A program made the translations under genes and the position numbers. Source: Myxococcota bacterium (GTDB lineage: Bacteria > Myxococcota_A > UBA796 > GCA-2862545). From it: DNA of 64,000 bases. Positions 19,808-30,058 of the stretch are shown here, in pieces. The stretch spans positions 1-64,000 of the forward strand of contig JBCCQY010000027.1 in assembly GCA_039208735.1 (NCBI GenBank), read 5' to 3'. The notes under the pieces are model-generated. The model saw only the letters and a list, made by a program, of their open reading frames with translations, searched no databases and was not told the origin of the DNA. The stretch's first letter is position 1; the number at the start of each line of letters is the position of its first letter.

Positions 19808-20569
19808 CTAGCGTCGCTGCCATGTACGCTTCCGAATCGTCGCCAGCCACTGCTCGCCGTGCGGCATACCACTGTCGCCTACCGTGCGACGAAGCTGGTC
19901 TTGGTCGTAGGGAACCCGCCGAAGGTCGATGCTGGTGAGCCCGGCATCCGAAGTCACCATGGCGTACTCGGCCCAGGGCAACACCACCGGAGGGCGGTGG
20001 CCGTCGATCGGTTCCAGAAAGGGCATGCCCACGCTCCCCACGTTCACGATCACGGTGTCATCGACCCGCCGACACAGCTGGACATGCGTGTGACCGCATG
20101 CGAGGACATCGTGCTGTCGCCCAGCCATCCAAGCTCGAAGTTGAGTTTGGGGGGTCGAGGGGAGCACGGAATCGGTCGTCGACCAGGGTGAACCGTGCAC
20201 ACACCACACAGACGCGCCATCGAGTTCGATCACGGCCTCCGCGGGGAGCGCACTGAGCCAGGGCCGCAGGGGTGGGGCAAGCTGGTCGCGCGTCCATGCC
20301 GCGAGGTCCGCTAGGAATTCGGTTTGGGGCGACTCGTCCAGGGGGTCGTGGTTACCCCCAATGATGACGTCACAACGTGCTCGCAGTCGCTCCACGGTGG
20401 CGACGGGTCGTGGACCAACGTCGACCATGTCGCCCAGGCACACGATTCTGTCGGCCCCGATGCGGTCGATATCCGCGAGCACTGCATCCAGCGCGTCGAG
20501 GTTGGCATGGATGTCCGAGACGATGGCCAGTCGCTCGCTCAAGGCATGTGGCCCACAACCTGGCTGCAT
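19808..20569 (-). CDS. metallophosphoesterase (calcineurin-like)
   Basis: SDIHAN, CLGDMVD, GNHD, VHGSP, GHTH, NVGSVG motifs. Confidence 0.93.
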   Translation of the reverse strand: MQPGCGPHALSERLAIVSDIHANLDALDAVLADIDRIGADRIVCLGDMVDVGPRPVATVERLRARCDVIIGGNHDPLDESPQTEFLADLAAWTRDQLAPPLRPWLSALPAEAVIELDGASVWCVHGSPWSTTDSVLPSTPQTQLRAWMAGRQHDVLACGHTHVQLCRRVDDTVIVNVGSVGMPFLEPIDGHRPPVVLPWAEYAMVTSDAGLTSIDLRRVPYDQDQLRRTVGDSGMPHGEQWLATIRKRTWQRR

Positions 20570-20793
20570 TCTAGCAAACTCGGGTCCTCACCCAGGTGTC
20601 GTACCACATGCACCCGCCGGGCGCGGTAAAGGATGCGATTTCGTTGCATGCACGACGAGGGAGTAGGGCCCACGCGAGTCGCCGTCCCGTCGGACTCCGT
20701 TCGACGCCAGGTAAGGCACCGTCACGGGCTTACCTTTGAGCGGAAAGGTGAATCTCGGTCCTCCATGGTGCACGAAGTGGGTTGGAGGACGTG

Positions 20794-21660
20794 ATGCTGT
20801 CGTGGTTCCTATTGGCTTGCGCGCCGAGCGATGAGATGGACCTTCTCGAAACCCGAACCCTGGTCACCGAAGGTGAGGTGCCGCTCTGGGTTCGCATCGT
20901 GGAGCCTGACCCGCCTGCGAACAACACCTGGGTCATGGTGCATGGCGGACCTGGCTTGACCCACGACCACTTGTTGCCGTTGGAAGCGCTTGTTGATGAG
21001 GGCGACCGCGTCGTCTTCTACGACCAACGGGGCTCCGGAGGCAGCGGTGAGGCTTCCGCGTGGCGGTTCGGCGCGCACGTGCGTGATTTGGATGACGTGA
21101 TCGACGCGAGTGGTGCTAACCAGGTGAAGCTTGTGGGCAGTTCCTGGGGCGGGTTGCTTAGCCAGATCTATGCGGAACGCCGTCCTGAACGCGTAGAAGA
21201 ACTCGTGCTGATTGGCAGCGCGCCGGCGACCTACACCGCACTGCAGGCCGGCGCACTGCGATTTGCCGAACGGGTGCAGGAGCTCCAGGCATCCGGGGCC
21301 ATCGAAGGGCCGATCCCAAGCGGAATCGTCGATTACCTAAATGCCGTGCTCCCCGCCTACTTCGCGGAAGGACGCGCGATCCCTGATGAAGCCCGTGTCC
21401 CGATCCATGGCGAGACCCACGGCGCGATTTCCATGGCCAATCTCTTTGCCGGCTACGACTACACGGCCGAGGTGGCGACGGTGTCTGCGCCCACACGGAT
21501 CCTTGTCGGGGATGCGGACCCGTTTGGCATCGACATGTCGGAGGCGGTCCGCAATGACCTTGCATCCGGTGACCCGCTCGACATCATCGCGGGATGCGGC
21601 CATTGGCCCTGGTTCTACTGCCTCGATGAGACGCTGGAGGCGATGACCGCGTCGCGGTAA
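20794..21660 (+). CDS. alpha/beta hydrolase (proline iminopeptidase-like), lipoprotein
   Basis: MLSWFLLAC lipobox; HGGPG, YDQRGSG, GSSWGG, C-terminal GH. Confidence 0.88.
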   Translation: MLSWFLLACAPSDEMDLLETRTLVTEGEVPLWVRIVEPDPPANNTWVMVHGGPGLTHDHLLPLEALVDEGDRVVFYDQRGSGGSGEASAWRFGAHVRDLDDVIDASGANQVKLVGSSWGGLLSQIYAERRPERVEELVLIGSAPATYTALQAGALRFAERVQELQASGAIEGPIPSGIVDYLNAVLPAYFAEGRAIPDEARVPIHGETHGAISMANLFAGYDYTAEVATVSAPTRILVGDADPFGIDMSEAVRNDLASGDPLDIIAGCGHWPWFYCLDETLEAMTASR

Positions 21661-21781
21661 AGCACGTGTTGGGTCCGGGCCGATGCCGTTGTCAGGCCAA
21701 GACGGTGATCGACGCGTTGCTGAACGGTGGTGATTGGATTTCGGTCTCGGACTGGCCACAGTGGCATGGCAGAATGCCTGC

Positions 21782-22738
21782 ATGTCGTACTATCGTGCCT
21801 CGGGACGGATTCACCCCTCAGGTCTTGTTCGCCTCGCTTCTCTGGTGGTTCCTGGCATCGCAGTGGGTGGGCTCTACGGAGTGGTCGCCTTCATCTGCCT
21901 GCTCGTCGGCGATCTTGTTGCCGAAGTCGTGCCTCTCCCCCATTTTCTGAGCGATTCGTCGTGGATGTTCGCCGCGTTCCTCGTTGGCTTCGTCGTCTTG
22001 GCGCAGGTGCGGCTCGTCCGACCTCGTCTGGTTGCCGCTCACAGTCGCTCCTCACTCGTGGCCGCCGGCGCTGGCCTTCTCATTGGGGCTGTCAGCGCGG
22101 TCACGAAGTGGGTCGTCCAAGGGCTCGGCATGGTTGCGTTGTTCGAGATGGATGTGCCGTGGATTGCGGTCTTCGACCCGAGCATGGCAAACGCGTTTGT
22201 GGCGGCTGCGGTCGACTGGACGTGGGACCAGCCGACCGAGCACGCAGGCGTTCTCGTAGGGAGGCTCTGGCAAGGCGAGATGGTGCTCATGGTGATGGCG
22301 CCGGCTGTGCTCTTGTACCTTGACCGACCTACGCCCTATTGCGAGCGCTGTGGGCGGTGGGTTCCGGCCGCAGAGGCTGCACTGGTCGTCGATTTGCGAG
22401 GCTCATCCAACATTCAGCGACTGGTCCAGGACTGGGATGTCGAAGCCCTCGCGGCGCTCCCCCCACCGGACTACGATCGCTTTGATCAGCAGCAAGCGGA
22501 GCTTGCGCGAAATCAGAACAGCAGCAAGCAAAGCTTGCGCGAGTCTGATCAGCTCTGCCATGCGCTCGTGCCCTATGCCTGCAAGGTGTGCGATGACTTT
22601 ACCGCCATCGAGGTGCAGCGCCTCGCTCGTACGTTCGACCCCGAAACGGGCCGGTGGAGGGTGTCGCGTCAGCCAGTTGGCCCTCGAACGATGATCTCCC
22701 GAAGCCAACTCGAGGCGTTGGACGAGGCGATTCAATAA
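21782..22738 (+). CDS. membrane protein with two CxxC motifs
   Basis: About 4 TM segments, then PYCERCGRW and CKVC. Confidence 0.72.
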   Translation: MSYYRASGRIHPSGLVRLASLVVPGIAVGGLYGVVAFICLLVGDLVAEVVPLPHFLSDSSWMFAAFLVGFVVLAQVRLVRPRLVAAHSRSSLVAAGAGLLIGAVSAVTKWVVQGLGMVALFEMDVPWIAVFDPSMANAFVAAAVDWTWDQPTEHAGVLVGRLWQGEMVLMVMAPAVLLYLDRPTPYCERCGRWVPAAEAALVVDLRGSSNIQRLVQDWDVEALAALPPPDYDRFDQQQAELARNQNSSKQSLRESDQLCHALVPYACKVCDDFTAIEVQRLARTFDPETGRWRVSRQPVGPRTMISRSQLEALDEAIQ

Positions 22739-22750
22739 ACACGGTGCGCG

Positions 22751-23662
22751 TCACAAGGGTTCGTAGCGAATGCGAATCACCTCGTCGGGCCTTGGGACCC
22801 CGCGCAGAAGCGTGATGGTGTTTGGCGACAGGTCGTAGCGCCAATCGATGTCGCGTTCGAGCCATGCCTCAGCCGCATCCCAATGCAGCGACGCCCTGGA
22901 GACTTGGATGTCGTTGGGATCGACAGGCCGGGCGGACAATGGGAAGGTTCGGGCTCTCGGTGCTTGGATGAAGTCGCTTTCCAGGACCTGGAGTAGCCAA
23001 TCCTCCGGTGGCGCATCCCCCACGAGTCCGTCGAAAGCCCGGGCTGCATCTCCGTACTGGGTGCTGGCAGGAAGCTCCACGAGCAGCGAAAGCGTGAGGG
23101 CTCCCCCAGGGGCGCGAAGGGCCTCGAATCGATACGCAAAGGCGTCGAAGTGCAGGCCTGGAGACTCGTCCTCGGCATTGCTGACCACCACCACGTGCAA
23201 ATCAGAACCCGGACGGCGGAACGAGTTCGCATCGCCCTCAAACACCGCGAAAATGGAATCAAAACCACGGTTTGGGGTTCCGTTTCGGGTCTCAATCTGC
23301 AGCAGATCGCCCAACCTCGTCTCGGGATCCGAGGTCAGTCCATCGACGAACGCTCGGCCGTCGGCTGCGGCCCGGAGTGCACCCGAGCCGTCGGTGGTGA
23401 TGACGCCAAAGCGAAGGTCGAATCGTGCGGCAGACACCAACAGGAGACCGCTCATCTCCCCGAGCTGGTCCCGTGTGATCTCGGTAGTGGCATCGTCATC
23501 GATGACAAAGAGCACATCGATGGGCGCGACAGGTCCTGGAACCAGCTCATCGACGACCGGAACCTCGGAGGCGGTAGAGGCGGTGTCCTCGGAGGCCGGG
23601 GCCCGGCGCACCAGATTCGGCGCCGCAGGACCCATCGCACACGCGGTGAACAGCAGAATCAC
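22751..23662 (-). CDS. vWA-like domain lipoprotein
   Basis: MILLFTAC lipobox; DVLFVIDD, RFGVITTD, FRRPGSDLHVVVVSNAEDES (myxobacterial vWA-like pattern, degenerate MIDAS). Confidence 0.72.
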   Translation of the reverse strand: MILLFTACAMGPAAPNLVRRAPASEDTASTASEVPVVDELVPGPVAPIDVLFVIDDDATTEITRDQLGEMSGLLLVSAARFDLRFGVITTDGSGALRAAADGRAFVDGLTSDPETRLGDLLQIETRNGTPNRGFDSIFAVFEGDANSFRRPGSDLHVVVVSNAEDESPGLHFDAFAYRFEALRAPGGALTLSLLVELPASTQYGDAARAFDGLVGDAPPEDWLLQVLESDFIQAPRARTFPLSARPVDPNDIQVSRASLHWDAAEAWLERDIDWRYDLSPNTITLLRGVPRPDEVIRIRYEPL

Positions 23663-23747
23663 GATTGCCCTCCTCGGCTAGAGGATACCGCAGGCAAGGC
23701 CGGTCGCTACCGGGTTGGTCCAGCGGGGCGACGAAGCCGAGCGTTGA

Positions 23748-24614
23748 TCACTTGATGGTCACGTCGCCTGACCCGTCGGAACGCAAGTCGAAATCGCCCA
23801 CGTTCCGGATTCGGATGTCGCCCGAAGTGTCGTCAACCGTCACGGTGCCGGTGACATTTTCGACGTCAATGTCGCCCGAGTTGTCGTCGATGTCGACGTC
23901 GCCAACGATGTCCAGGACATCGATTTCGCCAGAGTCGTCTACGATGGTTGTAGAACCCGCATTGGTCACGCGGATTTCACCCGAATTATCTTGGATATCG
24001 AGCGTTCCATCAATGTCCGAGACATCGATTTCGCCAGAATCATCTTCGATACTTGTAGGACCCGCATTGGTGATGCGAATCCCACCCGAGTTGTCGCGGA
24101 TCTCAACCGACCCCCCCACGTTTTCGATTTCGAGATCGCCAGCGTCATCGTTGACCACGACATCGCCCGCCACATTGAGGATGTCGATGTCACCGCTATC
24201 GTCATTGAGTTCGAGCGAACCCACTCCTTCGATCTCGACCACGCCGGACCGGTCGTTCACGATGGCGTCAAGATCCGCCGGGACACGCAACACAACGTCG
24301 GTGGCGAAACTGTGGATGCGTTCGATGTCCACAAAGGACCGAGCGACGATCGTATTGCCATTGGACTCGAGCGTTGCGACGAGGGCGTCGATGCCGGCCT
24401 GATCCGAGCGGAGGCCGCCAACCCGGGTGAGCGTGATGTCCATCTCGGCCGTGGTTCGGGAAGGATCGCCAATGATCTCGAGGTCGCCAGCCCAGGTCTC
24501 GAGTTCGATGGCCGTTTCCTCCGAAACCTCGAGCTGCAGCGTACGCTGATCGATGGTCTGGATGTCGCCACCAAAGCAGGCAACGAAGAACGGAACAAGC
24601 AGGAAGCGGGTCAT
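23748..24614 (-). CDS. DUF4097-like beta-strand repeat (adhesin-like) lipoprotein
   Basis: MTRFLLVPFFVAC; about 10 tandem D(D/N)SG(D/E)I.(I/V).N repeats of 17-18 aa. Confidence 0.85.
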   Translation of the reverse strand: MTRFLLVPFFVACFGGDIQTIDQRTLQLEVSEETAIELETWAGDLEIIGDPSRTTAEMDITLTRVGGLRSDQAGIDALVATLESNGNTIVARSFVDIERIHSFATDVVLRVPADLDAIVNDRSGVVEIEGVGSLELNDDSGDIDILNVAGDVVVNDDAGDLEIENVGGSVEIRDNSGGIRITNAGPTSIEDDSGEIDVSDIDGTLDIQDNSGEIRVTNAGSTTIVDDSGEIDVLDIVGDVDIDDNSGDIDVENVTGTVTVDDTSGDIRIRNVGDFDLRSDGSGDVTIK

Positions 24615-25471
24615 CGTAGGTCCTCCATGCCGTTCTAGAAACCGCGGCCCACGTTTCGTGTCACCGACTATTGTGGATCGAACCGGAGGGGGGCGCGCTT
24701 GAACGAAGGCGAAACCGTCAGAAAGGTCCGTAGGCCATCCTGACTTACGCGTGCGACAAGGGCCCTTCGAACCTCGTCTCGGAGGCGCAACGGCCAGTTG
24801 CCGGCTCCCCACACAAATCCTTGTTCCAATCCGGTGCACGTCGTGGACTTCGCATTGGCGAGGTCAGGCAGTGCCTGGTCGATCTCATTTAGCGTTGGCG
24901 ACACCGACTGAAGGTAGGCCAGTCGGATCTTCGCGTACTCGCTCCGGAGGGTCGAGATGTAGGACGTGAGCAGGCGCTGGGTCTCTGGATGCTGCGGCTG
25001 GTCCGATGCATCTTTGATCGCTCGTCTCGTCGCCTCCCAGAGGCGAACCAGGCGTTGGTTCACGAACGGACGCGCAGGTCTTCTGATCCACCGTGGTTGG
25101 CTCGGCCAGGTTCTTTCCTCCTTTGGCGTGGCCTGGCGTTGCCGGATGGCTCGAAACACGTCGCCTAGCGGTGAGTCTGCAACCGGGTCGGGGAGCGCGT
25201 TCTGAAGAACCTTTTGGACCAATCTCTTAGAAAGCTGTCGTCTCCTTGGTCGGAGGCGTGCTGTAGCCGAGCGTGCTCGTCACTGACCGCGCGAAAAAGT
25301 CAGGTAGTACGTGGACGACCCCTGGGTCTCGGAGCATCGTGAAGCGAAGCGTTCTCATCAAGGCCTCCGATGGGCGACAACCCGCCCGGTTCGGTCTGTT
25401 AGGCCTTGATGAAAATGCTATCCGCTTACCATTCGCTTACCGCAACAACGGGTTGGATTGGCAAGGTCGCA

Positions 25472-25816
25472 CTAGTGCGGCTGATCGGAAGTTCGTTTCC
25501 AGGTTTCGGCCGCCTGAGCCGGGAACTCCCACGTGAACCGAAGGGATTCAAGGAGTTCCTTTGCAACGACGTCGGGAATGCCGCGAACGCCAGTGTAGGC
25601 CCAGCTCTTCTTGTCGCGGACCTGTAGGTCCATGACGTTGAAGGCGCCAGAGCCGTTGGCAAAGCGCAGCAGGGGCGTCCACTCGTCGTCCTCCTCGAGG
25701 CCCAACGTGCAGGTCTTTCCCCGAGGGCGCGCACGGAGCCAACGTCGAGCCAATTCGGACTCTTCGTGGAGGAGCCGGAGGACCTTCTCACCGAAGTATC
25801 GAGCTTCGTTTGCCAT
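25472..25816 (-). CDS. hypothetical passenger protein inside the IS630 element
   Basis: GGGAG RBS right after the transposase's natural stop; 114 aa ORF whose stop codon lies in the terminal CTAG. Confidence 0.7.
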   Translation of the reverse strand: MANEARYFGEKVLRLLHEESELARRWLRARPRGKTCTLGLEEDDEWTPLLRFANGSGAFNVMDLQVRDKKSWAYTGVRGIPDVVAKELLESLRFTWEFPAQAAETWKRTSDQPH

Positions 25817-25828
25817 GGTGCGCGCTCC

Positions 25829-26898
25829 CTATGCGGCCAGGCGGGGATTGTACGTCCACGACAGGGCTTCGCGTGGCGTGCCCCGTAGTCGTCGAGCGAC
25901 GCGTACAGGTGGTCGTCGAGCTCGACGAGCGCGCCGTAGCGACGGCCCGCGAGATAGCGCGTCGTGAAGCGAGAGAAGAAGTTCTCCGCAAGATTCAGCC
26001 AAGAGGCGTGGGTCGGAGTGTAGTAGACCCGGAACCGCGCACCGGCCTCGCTTCCCAGGAACGCCCCCATCTCTCGCGAAATGTGCGTCGAGCCGTTGTC
26101 CCAGACCAGGTGGATCCGACGCATGGCAGGAAGCGCCTGGGCTACGGTCTCGAGCATCGCGATGGCCTCCGTCGTCGCGAAGCCCCGGCTCGGGAAGACC
26201 TCGGCGGCAACCACCTCCCCGGTGTCGGGCCGGATGGCCGCCACCAGGTTGCGGGTGCCGTGGCGGATGTAGTTGTGCTCAACCCGTCGCACCTTGCCCG
26301 GCGCGGTCGGTCGCCCGGGGTAGGGCGAGCCAAGGGCCTGGATGTTCGTCTTCTCGTCGAAGCAGACCACCACTTCGTCCGCGGGAAGGTCTCGCATGTA
26401 CAGGTCGCAGATGGCGTCGCGACGTGGGATGTAGTCGGGCCGGTCCGTAGGCGTGAACAGGTAGTAGCGCTCTCTGTGCGGTTGAACCTCGGCCGTCGCC
26501 AGGATGCGCTGCACCGTGGAGCGGCTCATCACCGTGCCCTGAAGTGCAGCCAGCTCGACGATCAGCGTTTGAGTCATCCGCACGTCGCGACGGTCGTGTT
26601 GGTCCGGCTGTTGGCAACCGAGGCTGATGACCACAGCCTCGTCACGAGCGGTTCGTCGCCGAGGACGGCCCGTGCGCTGGGCATCGCGAAGCGCCTTCAG
26701 ACCAGGACTGTCCCGAAAGCGCGACGCCCATTTGCGAACCGTCGGCCGGCTGACGCCGCACCGCCGAGCCGTCTCGCTCACCGACATCCCCATGAAGACG
26801 TGCCGCAGCACGATCTCCGCTCGTTGCACGCTGCGATGCTCTGCGCGCCCTTGGCGCATCACCGCTTCCAGCTCGGCTCGCCGAGAACCCCCATCCAC
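25829..26898 (-). pseudogene. IS630 transposase with a 1-bp frameshift near the C-terminus
   Basis: HTH (TARRCGVSRPTVRKW); DDE motifs CFDEKT, LVWDNGSTH, YTPTHASWLNLAENFFS. The canonical tail KPxSWTYNPRLAA* is in another frame after ~25864. Confidence 0.85.
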
Positions 26899-26973
26899 GA
26901 CTGCTCCTCCATCTACGGAGGAGCCTGATCACTCAGCAGGCCGATGGTGGCAACGAACTATCGGGCACGCTCA

Positions 26974-28323
26974 CTAGGACCCGCCTTTGCGAGTTCTTTC
27001 GAGGGATAGTGTAAACCCCTCTCGGGTCAGTTCGGCTCCAAAGGCCACACTAACGACGGCAGTGATGCCACTCGCATACCCGTCCCACAGCACCGACCAG
27101 CCTAACCAGGTGAGTACAAAGAAGTACAGCGCCATGAGCACGAGCAGCGCCATTCGCTGCGAAACCCAATTCACCACCGTGCTTCGGTTCCCATGTCCCG
27201 CTCCTACCCTTGCCCGAGGGGGTGACGTTCCGTCGCCAAGCCCTCCTGCACCGGTCCCACCGACCGTGAACGCGCTATGATACTGCCCCTTTGGCAGCCT
27301 CTCCATTGCTGTCGCCAATTCTGCACGAATCGTGGCGATGTTCTGTTCAAAGTACGCCACGTTGTAGGTGCGGTGCGACAACGGGTCTACGTCGCGAAGA
27401 GTATCCATCAGACCGTAGGTTCGAGTCAACAATCCACTCACCGTAGCTTGAAAGGCCACATTGTTTGGCTTCCCTTCAGGTTGGTCCCACTTCGACAGAT
27501 ACGCAAGTAGTTCATCGAGTTGTCGGTAGATTGGGCCCCGGTTTAGCTCGCGCTTATCGAACGCGGTCTTTGCATCCTGAATCCGCCTGAGTAGCTCCTT
27601 CACGCGAGAGTCAATCGTGGTCGATAACCCATGATCAGCATCGAACTGTAGTTCTCGAATTGCCCGTCGGATTTGATTTGCAATGCTCTCGTAAGTGGCA
27701 TCTCCAGCAAGATCCGGGAGGGCCATCCTAAGCTTTGTGATCTGAACGTTCTGCCTCGAGCGAGTCACGAGGGCAGGTAGTGTTTGGTTGACCAACGCAC
27801 TAGCAAGCAAACCCGCAAGTACGAATAATGGGAGAAAGGGAAAGGCACTCAGCCGGACCGCCACCGGGGTCTCAAGGTCCTTCCGGATGACTTCACCTGT
27901 TCGTTTTCCAGGTGGCACACCAACAAACCGAAGCTTGGCGCTCGAAGGTCCGATCGGCCAGTCTTCAAACACAATGCCGACCCCGTCGTGCGCCCCTTTT
28001 GCCAAGTAGAGGGGATACTCATCACTACACCCCTTGGAAGTAGGGCCTTTCACTGCCGATAAGGCCACACGACCTCCTTCGGCGCGATACGCAAGCTCGC
28101 GATCGGCAAGACGAAGACTCACGCACAAGTCGGTGTCAGTCTCGATCCATAGACCACGTGCGATCTTTGTTCTCGACCAAGGCAATTGAACATTGGCGCT
28201 GATTGCTGGCACTTCGATGGCCAGCACGGGTCTCGAAGAAGCGTCGTCTTGGGCGGCTGCGATCGTGGGTTGCAGCAGCCCAATTCCTAATATCCATACT
28301 AGGATTCGATGAAGAGAACCCAT
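26974..28323 (-). CDS. hypothetical membrane protein with signal peptide
   Basis: Long ORF with signal peptide, one central and two C-terminal TM segments; stop coincides with the IS630 CTAG. Confidence 0.7.
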   Translation of the reverse strand: MGSLHRILVWILGIGLLQPTIAAAQDDASSRPVLAIEVPAISANVQLPWSRTKIARGLWIETDTDLCVSLRLADRELAYRAEGGRVALSAVKGPTSKGCSDEYPLYLAKGAHDGVGIVFEDWPIGPSSAKLRFVGVPPGKRTGEVIRKDLETPVAVRLSAFPFLPLFVLAGLLASALVNQTLPALVTRSRQNVQITKLRMALPDLAGDATYESIANQIRRAIRELQFDADHGLSTTIDSRVKELLRRIQDAKTAFDKRELNRGPIYRQLDELLAYLSKWDQPEGKPNNVAFQATVSGLLTRTYGLMDTLRDVDPLSHRTYNVAYFEQNIATIRAELATAMERLPKGQYHSAFTVGGTGAGGLGDGTSPPRARVGAGHGNRSTVVNWVSQRMALLVLMALYFFVLTWLGWSVLWDGYASGITAVVSVAFGAELTREGFTLSLERTRKGGS

Positions 28324-28404
28324 CCATTTGTCCTTGCTCGACGTTCGGGTCGATTGGAGCAAACCAACGGAATCTCTGCTATCCCCTGACCGGGGTAGAC
28401 CCCT

Positions 28405-29943
28405 TCAAGACTGTCGAAGACCGAAGCGGCGGATCAGTGAGTGGACGTACCCTCGATGCAGCCCCAATTGCTGTGCGGCCTGCGTCACGTTGCCCTCGCT
28501 CCGCTCCAGGGTTTCCTGGAGCAGCTGTGCCTGAAACCGTCTGGTGGCCTCCTGCCAAGTGAGCGGTGACATATCGCTTCTCATGCTTGCTTCGGGAAAC
28601 GCGTGGCGTGGGAGGACCACCTGGCCTCCTTCTCCCGTACACAACACAACAGCTTCCTCGAGGGCCTTTGCCAGTTGACGAACGTTGCCTGGCCATTCTC
28701 TGGACTCGAGCTCCCGAAGCAGTTCAATAGAGGCGGTGCACCTGGGGAGTGACGGTTGCCGAAGGCAGAAGGCTTCAATCACGTGTTCGGCAAGGACCGC
28801 GATATCTTCGGTCCGCTCCGCGAGCGTCGGCATCCGAATCGTAAACGACTTTAGACGATAGTAGAGATCCTTTCTGAACTCCTTCGATTCAACTAGTTCA
28901 GCAAGGTTCCGATTGCTCGCACTGATGATGCGAATGTCCGCGGGCCGAGTGGCCCCACCAACCGGGGCATAGGTTTTTGATTGAAGAAGTTCGAGCAGGG
29001 CCGACTGCGTCTCGTAGTTGAGGGCATCGATCTCATCGAGGAAGAGCGTTCCCCCGATTGCACGGTCAACATGGCCTCCCACGGCAGTATTGGCGCTGGT
29101 GAAGACTCCCTTGTGGTGGCCGAACATCTCACGTTCGAAGACACTGCGCGGCACCGCGCCACAGGTAACAGAGTGAAAGGGGCCTGCACGACGTGCACTG
29201 TTGCGGTGGATGATACTGGCCAGGGTCGACTTTCCGGTCCCCGTGTCTCCTGTGATGTGGATGTCGATCTCGATCGGAGAAGCGCTTGCGGCGCGCTTCA
29301 ACATCGCCGCGAGTGCTGCACTCCGCCCTACGAGTTCGTCACAGGAAAAGCGACTCCTCACATCGGCGGTATCATCTGCTTCCTGTAGCCTTCGAATCCG
29401 CTCCACGGCGGGAGCGAGCATCGCCGCCAGCGCCCTCACAAGATCTACATCATCAGATTCAAACGCCTCGCCATCCATCCGATTCTGAATGTAGACGACG
29501 CCGATGGGAAGGTCACCCCTGAGAATGGGTGCGCAGACAACGGCCTCGATCTGGAAGTTCCGGGCCGAGATAGAAGCCAGCTTGGGGTCAAGCATGGCGG
29601 AGACCGTCGAAATCACATCGACCGCCTCTCGCGCAGCTTTCACGATGGCACTTGACGTGCGAGCTCGAACCTCCCTTAAGGACGTCTCGTCATCACACCC
29701 CTGTGCCCTCCACCAGAGCGCCGCTCCGCGGTCGTCTTGCACCTCGACGTACGCCTGGCGGGCCTGGGTGAGTTCGACGAGGAGGGGCAATACTCCCCCA
29801 ATCAGCTCACCACTGTCGCTGACATGCCACAAATCAAGTGCACGCTGCAAGAGTTGTCGTCGGTCCACGAGGTGCCTCCAGCCATGAGCATCGGACACCT
29901 CACCGCGAAGTACAATCCCCCATTCCGGGGACACTGTCAGCAA
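28405..29943 (-). CDS. sigma54-interacting Fis-family activator with GAF domain
   Basis: GAF (VVCAPI..GVVYIQ), GDTGTGKS, GVFTSA loop, LFLDEID, FRKDLYYRL, WPGNVRQL, Fis HTH. Start is uncertain. Confidence 0.9.
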   Translation of the reverse strand: MLTVSPEWGIVLRGEVSDAHGWRHLVDRRQLLQRALDLWHVSDSGELIGGVLPLLVELTQARQAYVEVQDDRGAALWWRAQGCDDETSLREVRARTSSAIVKAAREAVDVISTVSAMLDPKLASISARNFQIEAVVCAPILRGDLPIGVVYIQNRMDGEAFESDDVDLVRALAAMLAPAVERIRRLQEADDTADVRSRFSCDELVGRSAALAAMLKRAASASPIEIDIHITGDTGTGKSTLASIIHRNSARRAGPFHSVTCGAVPRSVFEREMFGHHKGVFTSANTAVGGHVDRAIGGTLFLDEIDALNYETQSALLELLQSKTYAPVGGATRPADIRIISASNRNLAELVESKEFRKDLYYRLKSFTIRMPTLAERTEDIAVLAEHVIEAFCLRQPSLPRCTASIELLRELESREWPGNVRQLAKALEEAVVLCTGEGGQVVLPRHAFPEASMRSDMSPLTWQEATRRFQAQLLQETLERSEGNVTQAAQQLGLHRGYVHSLIRRFGLRQS

Positions 29944-30058
29944 TTGAAGACACCACTTCTAGGGCCGCAACAGATACCTGACACCTTCAACCGGCGAACC
30001 GCCACATCCGGGATGGAACGAGGCTTGCTGTTCAAAAGCCAAACCTCGGAGGACCCAA

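Larger units (their letters stand above)
25472..26977 (-). mobile_element. IS630-family insertion sequence carrying a passenger ORF
   Basis: CTAG at both ends (25472-25475, 26974-26977). Imperfect TIRs: CTAGTGcggcTGatCGgaAGTTCGTTtCCA versus (reverse complement) CTAGTGagcgTGccCGatAGTTCGTTgCCA. Confidence 0.85.

Noticed and set aside
23750..24260. Periodic DNA repeats
   Set aside because: Explained by the DDSGDI protein repeats of the DUF4097-like gene.
24668..25222. 184 aa minus-strand ORF
   Set aside because: No clear start/RBS or recognisable motif; possibly a gene remnant, but not supportable.
25810..26928. 372 aa plus-strand ORF
   Set aside because: Antisense shadow of the IS630 transposase.
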